Shown here piece by piece: positions 56,169 to 64,000 of a DNA stretch of 64,000 bases; position 1 is the first letter of the stretch, and each line of letters opens with the position of its first letter. Source of the stretch: Candidatus Omnitrophota bacterium. GTDB taxonomy: Bacteria; Omnitrophota; Gorgyraeia; 2-02-FULL-51-18. The notes below the pieces were generated by a model that saw nothing but the letters and a program-made list of their open reading frames with translations, was not told where the DNA came from and made no database searches. Location of the stretch: the NCBI GenBank assembly GCA_022072175.1, contig JAJVIE010000003.1, positions 665,840 to 729,839 on the forward strand, read 5' to 3'. A program made the translations under genes and the position numbers.

Positions 56169-57530
56169 TTATACCCGATACCGCGGCCCGAGCAGAACGT
56201 CCGCCAGCCTCTGCACTTCGTTACGGAGCTTGGCGCTGTCGTGTCGGACAAGCTCGGTTTGATTGGCGACATCCGCCCTTACGATCTTGGCCCGGGTCGC
56301 TCGCGAAAGATCCGAAACACCGCCCGCACTGACGGGGGACTGGTCCTTCTTGGCGTACTCGGCGATGGACTCGGCCGAGAAACGCGTATCCGAGACGATC
56401 ACCCCGTCGAGCTTGTCCCCCCCGAGATAGCGGACCACCTCGCGGACGTGGTCCTTGACCGTGTAGCCGTGCGTCTCCCCCGGCTTGGTCATGAGGTTGC
56501 AGATGTACACACGCTTGGACCGGCCCCGGACCACGGCCTCGGCCAGACGGTCCACCGCGAAGTTGGTCAGGACGCTCGTATAGAGGTCTCCCGGACCGAT
56601 GAGCACGAGGTCCGCGAACAGGATGGAAGTGTACGCGTCGATGTGGCAGCGGCTGGCGGGTTCGTGCCAGATCCTGCGGATGCGCAGATCCGGGGCCCGG
56701 CCTTCGCACAGATCGATGCGGCTTTCGCCTTTGACGACGGTGCCGTCCTTGAACTCCGCCACCAGACGGCTCAGCGTCGTCGTCGCCGGCAACACCACAC
56801 CCTGGATGTTCAGGATGTCGCTGAGCGCCCGGACGGCCTCGGCCATGGACCCCCGGACCTCGGCCAGTACGGTGAGGAAAAGATTGCCGAAGCTGTGTCC
56901 GTGCAGTTCGCCGCCCTTTTCGAAACGATGCTGGATGATCTGGTTCATGAGGTCCGGAGCGTTCGATAGCGCCACCAGGCTCCTGCGAATATCACCGGGG
57001 GGCAGGATGCCGAATGTCTGGCTCAATTTGCCGGAAGACCCCCCGTCGTCGCTCATGTTGACGATGGAGGTGAGGAGTGTTTGTGGCAGGGACTTGAGAC
57101 CCAGGAGAAGCGTGAAAAGGCCCGTGCCTCCTCCGATGCAGGTGATCCGGCGCTTGCCCTGCAACACGGCCATCAGGCGAAGGACCAACTCCCGTTGGTG
57201 ATGATCCGAAGACAGGTAGTCGGACGCTCCCGCTTCCAGGGCTTCGAGGGCGCCGTCGGGTTCGGGCCGGCCCGACAACACAACGCAGGGCGGGCCAAGG
57301 CGGCACAAACGGCGCAACAGCGCCGAGCGCTCCCGGCGCGATAGACCGATCCAGTGCGGCTCGTCGAACACGATGAGGCCCGAGCGCTTGGCGTGGGACT
57401 TCAGCGAGGCGGGCCGGAGATCGGCCGTCGATCCGACGGAGACATGGACCCTCGACAACGCCGACCCGATCGCGGCGGCGACCGCCTCCCTTCCGACCAC
57501 GACCAACCGCATCCGGGGGGTCCTAGGCAC
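56169..57530 (-). CDS. YvcK/GlmR-family protein with an N-terminal receiver-like domain
   Basis: C-terminal [49 protein letters not shown]; N-terminal LIVFD...CVVLSG...[10 protein letters not shown]. Confidence 0.88.
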   Translation of the reverse strand: MPRTPRMRLVVVGREAVAAAIGSALSRVHVSVGSTADLRPASLKSHAKRSGLIVFDEPHWIGLSRRERSALLRRLCRLGPPCVVLSGRPEPDGALEALEAGASDYLSSDHHQRELVLRLMAVLQGKRRITCIGGGTGLFTLLLGLKSLPQTLLTSIVNMSDDGGSSGKLSQTFGILPPGDIRRSLVALSNAPDLMNQIIQHRFEKGGELHGHSFGNLFLTVLAEVRGSMAEAVRALSDILNIQGVVLPATTTLSRLVAEFKDGTVVKGESRIDLCEGRAPDLRIRRIWHEPASRCHIDAYTSILFADLVLIGPGDLYTSVLTNFAVDRLAEAVVRGRSKRVYICNLMTKPGETHGYTVKDHVREVVRYLGGDKLDGVIVSDTRFSAESIAEYAKKDQSPVSAGGVSDLSRATRAKIVRADVANQTELVRHDSAKLRNEVQRLADVLLGPRYRV

Positions 57531-57533
57531 GGC

Positions 57534-57875
57534 TCACCACTCCCTGAACACGACGTACACCGCCGCAACCATCAATCCAAAACCCAACAGATGGTTCCAC
57601 CGCAGATCCTCCTTGAGATAGAGCACCGAGAAGACCGCGAAGACGACCAGCGTCACGGCTTCTTGGATGGTCTTGAGCTGCACGGCCGTAAGGGTCCCAT
57701 GACCGATCCGGTTGGCCGGGACCTGAAAGCAATACTCGACAAAAGCGATGGCCCAACTGATCAGGATGACCTTCCAGAGCGCCTCGTGCTTGTATTTGAG
57801 GTGACCGTACCAGGCGAACGTCATGAAGACATTGGACAAGACCAGCAGGGCGATGGTTTGCGCGACCCTTGTCAT
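57534..57875 (-). CDS. Small DMT-superfamily membrane protein (DMT_6/DUF486-like)
   Basis: SNVFMTFAWYGHLK, EYCFQVPANRIG, QLKTIQE motifs; 113 aa hydrophobic. Confidence 0.9.
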   Translation of the reverse strand: MTRVAQTIALLVLSNVFMTFAWYGHLKYKHEALWKVILISWAIAFVEYCFQVPANRIGHGTLTAVQLKTIQEAVTLVVFAVFSVLYLKEDLRWNHLLGFGLMVAAVYVVFREW

Positions 57876-58306
57876 CGACGGATCCTCGACAAGATCCGCC
57901 CGAGCACTTCGCGGTCCTTGGTGTGGGTCAACATCGTAAGCGCCGTCTCAGGGCGGACCCAACGCGCCTCCGGGTGCGCGGGATCGGTCGGCCGGAGCTC
58001 GGTCTGGTCGGTCTCGAAGTGGAACAACACGATCTCCTTGATCTCGGACAGGTCTTCACCGCCGCCCCTGGCGATCCTGGGACGCTCGTACCGGACGAGT
58101 TCTCCGAGACAGGACAGACGCGTCACACCCGATTCCTCGGCGATCTCCCGGCGAGCGGCGTCCAACTCGCTTTCCCCCGCTTCCAGATGACCTTTGGGTA
58201 GCGACCAGCTGTCCCCGTTCTGATTGACCACGAGGATCCGGCCATCGCGGCCCACGACCACTCCCCCGGCGCTGATCCTCCGTCTCGATCCGGGCTCAGC
58301 GGGCAC
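57872..58306 (-). CDS. NUDIX hydrolase
   Basis: SAGGVV, WSLPKG and an intact Nudix box GHLEAGESELDAARREIAEESGV. Confidence 0.92.
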   Translation of the reverse strand: MPAEPGSRRRISAGGVVVGRDGRILVVNQNGDSWSLPKGHLEAGESELDAARREIAEESGVTRLSCLGELVRYERPRIARGGGEDLSEIKEIVLFHFETDQTELRPTDPAHPEARWVRPETALTMLTHTKDREVLGRILSRIRR

Positions 58307-59405
58307 GCGAGGACCCTCCGGCGGGCGGGGCCAGCTTCAGTTCATAAGCTTCGATACGCGCGTAAGCCTCTTCGGCGGGGCTGGCGGGCGCGCTCAACCA
58401 GGATACGAAGATACGGTCGCCGACACGGGCCAGCGTGGGGCGCGCGGGCAGTTGCCCCCGCTCTCCGACCTTGAAATCCGCCCAGACCTCCATCCTCCGG
58501 TCCATCACTTGCAGATACGCGTCCGACCGCTCCGGAGCCCCCGGCTCCTCCCAGCGCGGCGTCGAGACGTACGTGACGAAATACAGGTCCTTGTGCACGA
58601 GCGAGCCGGAAGGCATCTTCTGCTGGCGGTCATCGTTCTCGAACTGGTAAACGGCCTGAGGGTTGTCGTGGGCGTCGAGCTCGGCGGCTTTGAGGACCCA
58701 GGATTCTCCGTCGCGGGCGGAGTAGTAGACGATCTTACGGTCCGGAGCCAGACCGAGCGCCAGTCCGGCCTCGAAAGCCCCCTCGAAGAACCCGTCCAAC
58801 ACCCGCTCCTCCAGAACAACGCCCTCCGGGGTGAGCTTGCGAAGCGTCAACCGGTCTCCGGGCCCGGCGGTACACAACAGGAACATGCCGTCAAGCCACG
58901 CTACCCCAAAACCCGAGAGAGATTCGCCGGACGGGCCGGTCACGTCGGCCGGAAGGCTCAGCACCAGCGATCGGGCCCTCTGCTCTCCGTGACTGTTCCA
59001 GCGGACCAGGTGCAAGACCTCCCCACCCGAACCGTCCGGAGACTGGTAGAACAGCGCCAACTCGGAACCCGCGCCCAACAGACGGAAGATCGGCTCCGCG
59101 CCGAACCACGCTGTCGGAACGGAAGCGATGCGATCGGCCGAACGCAGCTGGGGATCGACGGCATAGACGAGGATAGCCCTATCTTCGGAGGGTCCCGACG
59201 AACCCGCCAAGAAGAGCTTCCCGTCATCGGTCGAAGCGATCTCGGTGCGCAGGAAGCCCGACCCGACGATGATCTCCCCCTGATGCAGTAGAGACAGGTC
59301 TTCGGGTCGGTGGGGTCCGGCGTCGCTGGCAGCCGCCGCCGGGCTGAGCCCGGCGGCCAGGAGCGCGACCAGCATGATGGCGCGGAGTTGCGGACGGTGA
59401 TTCAT
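58296..59405 (-). CDS. Hypothetical exported protein (acidic, beta-rich)
   Basis: Signal peptide MNHRPQLRAIMLVALLAAGLSPAAAA; repeated beta-strand patterns (DGKLFLA, DGMFLL, DRKIVYY, GDRIFVSW). Confidence 0.7.
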   Translation of the reverse strand: MNHRPQLRAIMLVALLAAGLSPAAAASDAGPHRPEDLSLLHQGEIIVGSGFLRTEIASTDDGKLFLAGSSGPSEDRAILVYAVDPQLRSADRIASVPTAWFGAEPIFRLLGAGSELALFYQSPDGSGGEVLHLVRWNSHGEQRARSLVLSLPADVTGPSGESLSGFGVAWLDGMFLLCTAGPGDRLTLRKLTPEGVVLEERVLDGFFEGAFEAGLALGLAPDRKIVYYSARDGESWVLKAAELDAHDNPQAVYQFENDDRQQKMPSGSLVHKDLYFVTYVSTPRWEEPGAPERSDAYLQVMDRRMEVWADFKVGERGQLPARPTLARVGDRIFVSWLSAPASPAEEAYARIEAYELKLAPPAGGSSRAR

Positions 59406-59448
59406 CGATGGTCCGGAGAAGGGCTTTGAGCGCTTCCGGCCGGCAAAA

Positions 59449-59526
59449 TGGTCGGGATGCAGGGATTTGAACCCTGGACCTCCTGGTCCCGAACCAGGCG
59501 CGCTAGCCAAGCTGCGCTACATCCCG
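59449..59526 (-). tRNA. tRNA-Pro(CGG)
   Basis: CGGGATG acceptor stem, anticodon arm CCTGG-TTCGGGA-CCAGG, GTTCAAATC, encoded ACCA end. Confidence 0.97.
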
Positions 59527-59536
59527 AAGTCCCGAT

Positions 59537-59565
59537 ATTATAGATGAGCGCTGTGCTTCTGTAAA
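59537..59565 (-). promoter_or_regulatory. Sigma70 promoter of tRNA-Pro(CGG), inside the 3' end of the upstream gene
   Basis: TTTACA-N17-TATAAT; the TAA of the -10 is the upstream gene's stop codon. Confidence 0.8.
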
Positions 59566-60134
59566 CGTCCGGATTCGAACGACCCGGGACCGCCGCTCTC
59601 CTCGCGGAGAGCCTTGAAGATCAACACCTGGGACCTCACGGTCCTGGCGTCGATGGCCCACTTGATCCCGCACAGGACGGCGAGCGCCACCCATTGAACG
59701 AAGTATCGCGGCACCGCCAACGAGACCACGAAACAGACCACGCAGGCCCCCAACCACGCCCATGCCGCCGCGCGTCTTTTTCCGAGAGCTCCGGCCGCGG
59801 GCGCTTCTATGGCTTTGTGGCAATGCGGACAAACCAAACCCCGCGCACCCGATGCGCCCGCCCCCAGACCGACGGCTTTGAGCGACCACTCCCGAGGAAC
59901 TTCGGGGGCCCCTTCATCGAAGCCCGGCAACCCCGCCCCACCCCGGAGCTCGAGGATCAGATCTTGCAACGATCTGTCCGAAGCCAATGCGCTCAGGACC
60001 CACCTCTCCTCTTCCTCGGTCAACTTACCCTCAATAAAACGAGCCAAAACTTCATTGCTCACGGCCTCCGCCCGGGTTTCACGGCCGCTCGACAACCGTT
60101 TCATGGCCTGCTGGATCCACCGTTCGTCGCTCAT
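59538..60134 (-). CDS. Putative membrane-anchored anti-sigma factor
   Basis: Follows an ECF sigma gene; N-terminal EVLARFIEGKLTEEE pattern of anti-sigma domains, a CPHC motif and two TM helices; GGGGAG RBS. Confidence 0.65.
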   Translation of the reverse strand: MSDERWIQQAMKRLSSGRETRAEAVSNEVLARFIEGKLTEEEERWVLSALASDRSLQDLILELRGGAGLPGFDEGAPEVPREWSLKAVGLGAGASGARGLVCPHCHKAIEAPAAGALGKRRAAAWAWLGACVVCFVVSLAVPRYFVQWVALAVLCGIKWAIDARTVRSQVLIFKALREESGGPGSFESGRLQKHSAHL

Positions 60135-60176
60135 GGTCTCCCCTTCATATTGGTCGCCGGATGAGACACGGTTCGT

Positions 60177-60776
60177 TCAACCCTCGATGCCTTTTTTTCG
60201 GAGCAGATCGGCCAGGCGCTCACGGGTACGGCGCAGTACCGTCGACACCGTATCCTGCGGCACCCCGAGGATCAGCGCGATCTCCCGGTGCGTTCGCTCG
60301 TGCACGTACGCCAACTCCAGACAGGTCCGCTCGCGGTACGGCAGATCTTCCAGCATCGACCTCAGCACCTGCTCCCGCTCGCGGCTCAGGAGGTCCGAAG
60401 AGGCGTCCAGTCCGTCCGTCGACGCGGCCTCGACGGTCCCGGTATCGACGCCGCCGTACCGTCTCTGACGACGGATATCGGCGCGCATCGCATCGAGCGC
60501 CGTCCTCGTGGCGATGATGGTCAGATATGCGCTCAGGCCCGAGCGTTCGCGCAGACGCTTCAGCTCTCCGCCCTGCAGCAGCTGGCGGAAAACGTCCTGG
60601 AACACATCCGCGGCGAGTCGATCGACCATCGACGGACCGCCTTTGGATAACGCTCGAGATACGGCCCACCGGACCAAGCGGCCGTAGCGGGCAACGAGCG
60701 ATCCCCAGGCGGGGCCGTCGCCCCTGAGACAGGCCTCGACCAGCTCGGTGTCGCTGAGGTCCTGCGGGCCGATCAA
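60177..60776 (-). CDS. ECF-type RNA polymerase sigma factor
   Basis: Region 2 (DVFQDVF...SAYLTIIATRTALD) and region 4 (LPYRER...THREIALILGVPQDTVST); 199 aa. Confidence 0.92.
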   Translation of the reverse strand: MIGPQDLSDTELVEACLRGDGPAWGSLVARYGRLVRWAVSRALSKGGPSMVDRLAADVFQDVFRQLLQGGELKRLRERSGLSAYLTIIATRTALDAMRADIRRQRRYGGVDTGTVEAASTDGLDASSDLLSREREQVLRSMLEDLPYRERTCLELAYVHERTHREIALILGVPQDTVSTVLRRTRERLADLLRKKGIEG

Positions 60777-61582
60777 GTGCCGAGCTTGACGTTCTTCAGG
60801 ATGCGTTCCAGCGTCGCCACGGCGGACAGGACGGCCAGGCGGCTGGTCTTGGGATTCTGCTCGGAGGGAAAGTTCTCGGTACGGGTATAGAAGGACCCGA
60901 AATCCCCGACGACGTACACCTCGTGGATGTTCACGAGCATATGCGGGCAGGCGATGATACGCACCTTGGTCCTTTTGGATCCGATACCGGCCAGCGACAG
61001 GATCGCCGAGACGTTGATGTTCTTCGGGAAGCCTTTGACGGCGCTCAGCGCGTCGCCCTCGTACAACACGCGCTCCTCCTTGAGGTTGCGGAGGTTGATG
61101 CCGTGACGCACCACGTACGGCGCGTCCTCGAATCCTTGGGGCGGTTTGCGCGTCGTGAGCGTCACCCTATGGATCTTGCCGATGTGAGCCGCCTTTAGGC
61201 CGTCGATGCCGACAACGCCTCCGCTGGGAAGATAGACACAACAGCGGTGACGCCGCGCAAGTTCGTAGAACTCCTTCTCGCGGCCGAGAAGACCGCCGGC
61301 GCTCATGACCATGACGTCCTTGCCCAAGGACAGCGCTTTGCGGAGGACCTCGGGCGCGGCGTCGCGCGAGGCCGCCTCGATCACCAGGTCGCATCTCTTG
61401 ACCAGGATGTCGAGAGGCAGGACGGGGGGTTTGGGGCGGAGCGATTTCTGGAGCTTGCGCGACCTCGACGGATCGGCGTCCCAGAGCGCCTCCAGGCTCG
61501 TCTCCTCGACGAACCGCCGCTGGCAGGCGTGAGCCAACTCACGCCCGATGGTGCCGCAACCGACGATACCGACCTTGATCAT
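60773..61582 (-). CDS. nadX: L-aspartate dehydrogenase
   Basis: [41 protein letters not shown]. Confidence 0.92.
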   Translation of the reverse strand: MIKVGIVGCGTIGRELAHACQRRFVEETSLEALWDADPSRSRKLQKSLRPKPPVLPLDILVKRCDLVIEAASRDAAPEVLRKALSLGKDVMVMSAGGLLGREKEFYELARRHRCCVYLPSGGVVGIDGLKAAHIGKIHRVTLTTRKPPQGFEDAPYVVRHGINLRNLKEERVLYEGDALSAVKGFPKNINVSAILSLAGIGSKRTKVRIIACPHMLVNIHEVYVVGDFGSFYTRTENFPSEQNPKTSRLAVLSAVATLERILKNVKLGT

Positions 61583-61974
61583 CGACGGGCCTTGACCTTA
61601 CGGCGGCGTCCGGCCGGCGCGTCCTGGGCAGGGATGCGGTTGCGGCCGTCCACGAACACCACCCTGGGTGTCAGCTTGCGGATCTCCGCGTCGCTGAGCA
61701 ATCCGTACGAAATGATGATGACCTTGTCGCCGACCTCCGCCCATCGGGCGGCCGCGCCGTTCATGCAGATGGTGCCGGAGCCGGGGGCGCCCTCGAGGAT
61801 GTAGGTCTCGACGCGTGTGCCGTTGTTCAGGTTGACGATCTGCACCCTCTCGAACGGCATCATATCGGCCGCTTTGAGCAGGTCGCGGTCGATGGTGATG
61901 GATCCGGTGTATCGGAGATTGGCTTCCGTCACCGTCGCGCCGTGGATCTTGGACTTCATCATCACTCGAAGCAT
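61579..61974 (-). CDS. panD: Aspartate 1-decarboxylase
   Basis: [17 protein letters not shown] self-cleavage site, NGAAA. Confidence 0.96.
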   Translation of the reverse strand: MLRVMMKSKIHGATVTEANLRYTGSITIDRDLLKAADMMPFERVQIVNLNNGTRVETYILEGAPGSGTICMNGAAARWAEVGDKVIIISYGLLSDAEIRKLTPRVVFVDGRNRIPAQDAPAGRRRKVKARR

Positions 61975-61992
61975 CGCGGTCCTTTCGATGGC

Positions 61993-62856
61993 CTAGCGTC
62001 GCCGGGCCGGCACGATCTCATTGTCGATGAGCCGGGTACGTCCGAAGCGTACCGCTCCGGCCAGACAGACCGGCTCTTCAGGGCTCAATCTTACCACACG
62101 CTCGAGCCGCTCCGCCCCGACGGCTTCGAAGTACTCCACACGGCCGCCCGGGGCCGACCGGCGGAACGCCCGGGACATCTCGGAGCTCAGACGGGCGGCC
62201 GATAGCACGCCGCTACGCACCAGGTCGCGTCCACGCAACAGGGCCAACCTCAAAGCCGGTGCCTGCCGGCGCTGCGCCGCGTCGAGACGGATATTACGCG
62301 AACTCATCGCCAGGCCGTCCTTCTCACGGACCGTCGGACAGCCGACCACCCTCACAGGCACGTCGAGGTCCCGGACCATACGCTCGAGGGTCCGGTACTG
62401 TTGGTAGTCCTTGAGCCCCAGGTAGAGCGTGTCGGGGGCGATACGATTGAGCAGCTTGAGCACCACGAGCGCCACTCCGTCGAAATGTCCCGGCCGGGAC
62501 GGGCCGCACAACGATTCGGTGACACCGCGCACGCTCACCGAGGTCGAATGCCCTTCCGGGTAGACATCGCCGGCATCGGGCAGATACAGGAGGTCGGTCT
62601 TCTGTCGCGTCAACAGAGCCAGGTCGCGGTCCAGATCGCGCGGGTAGGTCGAAAGATCCTCGCGGGGGCCGAACTGCGTGGGGTTGACGAAGATACTGAC
62701 GACCGTTCGGTCGTGCTCCGCCCGGGAGCGGCGGATCAGGGAAAGATGACCTTCGTGCAGGTAGCCCATCGTCGGCACAAAGCCGACGGTCAGACCGCGG
62801 TTCCTCCAGCCCTTGATCGCCGCCCTAAGCGGCCCGGCCTGAGTGACCGTTCTCAC
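61993..62856 (-). CDS. panC: Pantoate--beta-alanine ligase
   Basis: VPTMGYLHEGH, FVNPTQF, RPGHF, KDYQQ, GLAMSSRN, RLIDN. Confidence 0.96.
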   Translation of the reverse strand: MRTVTQAGPLRAAIKGWRNRGLTVGFVPTMGYLHEGHLSLIRRSRAEHDRTVVSIFVNPTQFGPREDLSTYPRDLDRDLALLTRQKTDLLYLPDAGDVYPEGHSTSVSVRGVTESLCGPSRPGHFDGVALVVLKLLNRIAPDTLYLGLKDYQQYRTLERMVRDLDVPVRVVGCPTVREKDGLAMSSRNIRLDAAQRRQAPALRLALLRGRDLVRSGVLSAARLSSEMSRAFRRSAPGGRVEYFEAVGAERLERVVRLSPEEPVCLAGAVRFGRTRLIDNEIVPARRR

Positions 62857-63316
62857 GCTCGAGGTCCTCGAGCATCTGCCGTACGGATCGGCCGAGCCGC
62901 GGGTGCACGAGCTCCGGCGCGATCTCCGACAGCGGTTTGAGCACGAACCATCTCTCGTGCAGCCGCGGGTGCGGGACGGTCAGGTGCTTGCCGTCCACGA
63001 TCACCACATCATCATAAAAAAGGATGTCCAAGTCCATCGGCCGCGGCCCGTCCTCTACCGTCTTTACGCGGCCCAGGCGTCGCTCAACGGCCTTGAGCTT
63101 GGACAGGAGGTCCAGCGGCAGAAGCTCCGTATCGAGCTGAACGCAGGCGTTGAGGTACTTCTCCTGAGCGGGCCCGCCGACGGGCTCCGTTTCGTAGGAG
63201 TCGGACAGACGCTCCACCCGGATCTCCGGGGTCTCTTTCAACAGCTCGAGCGCCCGCGCGACGTTCGCCGCCCGGTCGCCCTCGTTGGTGCCGATACCGA
63301 CGTACACCTTCGCCAC
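62825..63316 (-). CDS. folK: 6-hydroxymethyl-7,8-dihydropterin pyrophosphokinase
   Basis: GIGTN.GD, YET.P, GPRPMDLDIL, VPHPRLHER.FVL.PL. Confidence 0.95.
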   Translation of the reverse strand: MAKVYVGIGTNEGDRAANVARALELLKETPEIRVERLSDSYETEPVGGPAQEKYLNACVQLDTELLPLDLLSKLKAVERRLGRVKTVEDGPRPMDLDILFYDDVVIVDGKHLTVPHPRLHERWFVLKPLSEIAPELVHPRLGRSVRQMLEDLERENGHSGRAA

Positions 63317-64000
63317 TAGCGCCCCCTCAGATGCTTGCGCATGCGCTGGCCGGCCTCACGGATCTCATCCTCGGGCACGGTCAGCGTGAACCTCACGTAA
63401 CCCTCTCCCGCAGCCCCAAAACCCACGCCGGGCGTCGCGACGATCCCGGTCTGCTCAAGGAGATCCTTACAGAACGCCGTCGAATCCGTGCGGCCGTCCG
63501 GCAGTCTTGTGAAGACGTAGAACGTCGCGTCGTTCGCCCGGACCGGAAATCCGAGCCCCTTGAGCTCGGACACCAGGAGGTCCCGGCGGCGGCGGTACAT
63601 GATGTTGGTCTTCTTGGTGAATCCGAAGCTGTTCTTGAGCGCCTCGATGGCGGTCTGCTGGACGGCCGTGAACACCCCGGAGTCAACGTTGGATTTGACC
63701 TTCAAGAGCGGCGAGATCACCTCGGGCCTTCCGACCGCGAACCCGATGCGCCATCCGGTCATATTGCAGGTCTTCGACAGCGAGTGATACTCGATGGCGA
63801 CGTCCCGCGCGCCCGGCACCTCAAAAATACTGATCGGCCTCTCCTTGCCGAAATACACCTCCGAATAGGCCAGGTCCGAGACCACCAGCACACGATGCTG
63901 CGCCGCCCAGCGGACCACTTTCTGGTAGAACGATCTCGGGGCCGTGGCGCCTGTCGGATTGTTCGGGTAGTTGACGAACAAGAGCTTGGCTTTCTTGACC
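63316..64000 (-). CDS. dapL: Class I/II PLP aminotransferase, probably LL-diaminopimelate aminotransferase (3' part; 5' end outside the window)
   Basis: NYPNNPTG, DLAYSE, SLSKTCNMTGWRIG, KSNVDSG, TPGVGFG..GEGYVR; the dapL assignment rests on the KSNxDSG motif. Confidence 0.72.
   Translation of the reverse strand, partial: VKKAKLLFVNYPNNPTGATAPRSFYQKVVRWAAQHRVLVVSDLAYSEVYFGKERPISIFEVPGARDVAIEYHSLSKTCNMTGWRIGFAVGRPEVISPLLKVKSNVDSGVFTAVQQTAIEALKNSFGFTKKTNIMYRRRRDLLVSELKGLGFPVRANDATFYVFTRLPDGRTDSTAFCKDLLEQTGIVATPGVGFGAAGEGYVRFTLTVPEDEIREAGQRMRKHLRGR

Noticed and set aside
59449-59526. tRNA-Pro genes as island attachment sites
   Set aside because: I found no duplicated tRNA 3' fragment or adjacent integrase. 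The two tRNA-Pro genes are distinct full-length isoacceptors, and the DNA between them is core genome.

Overview
High-GC (roughly mid-60s % by eye) bacterial chromosomal window made almost entirely of core housekeeping genes. About 66 CDS and two tRNA-Pro genes lie on the minus strand, many with overlapping stop/start codons; cinA is the only plus-strand gene. In transcription order (right to left): dapL-like aminotransferase-folK-panC-panD-nadX-ECF sigma-anti-sigma-like; tRNA-Pro(CGG)-secreted orphan-NUDIX-DMT-(receiver::YvcK fusion); acyP-ligA-lipoprotein-xerD-rbfA-truB-ribF; rpsO-pnp-dut-ftsK-rodZ-rimO-pgsA-pgpA-GATase; inverted cinA; recA-recX-alaS-hisDBHAFI-trpEGDCFBA-manC-ruvX-M16 peptidase; rpe-PGM/PMM-lepA-lepB-CDP-alcohol transferase-plsY; an orphan; gpsA-tRNA-Pro(GGG)-hom-thrC-apgM-like-lysC-cimA-valS-nadC-uvrB-birA-coaX; CIRCE-groES-groEL. 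The gene order suggests a PVC-related lineage such as Ca. Omnitrophota (inference only, not tested). I saw no mobile element, CRISPR array, prophage or defence island, and cannot claim a clearly new system. The best leads are an intact ApgM-family protein in the threonine operon that has lost its apparent catalytic residues, a receiver-domain::YvcK fusion in a compact tRNA-anchored cluster, an ECF sigma/anti-sigma pair whose zinc motif appears lost, and several unusual promoter features. All family assignments come from motif recognition by eye; no searches were run.
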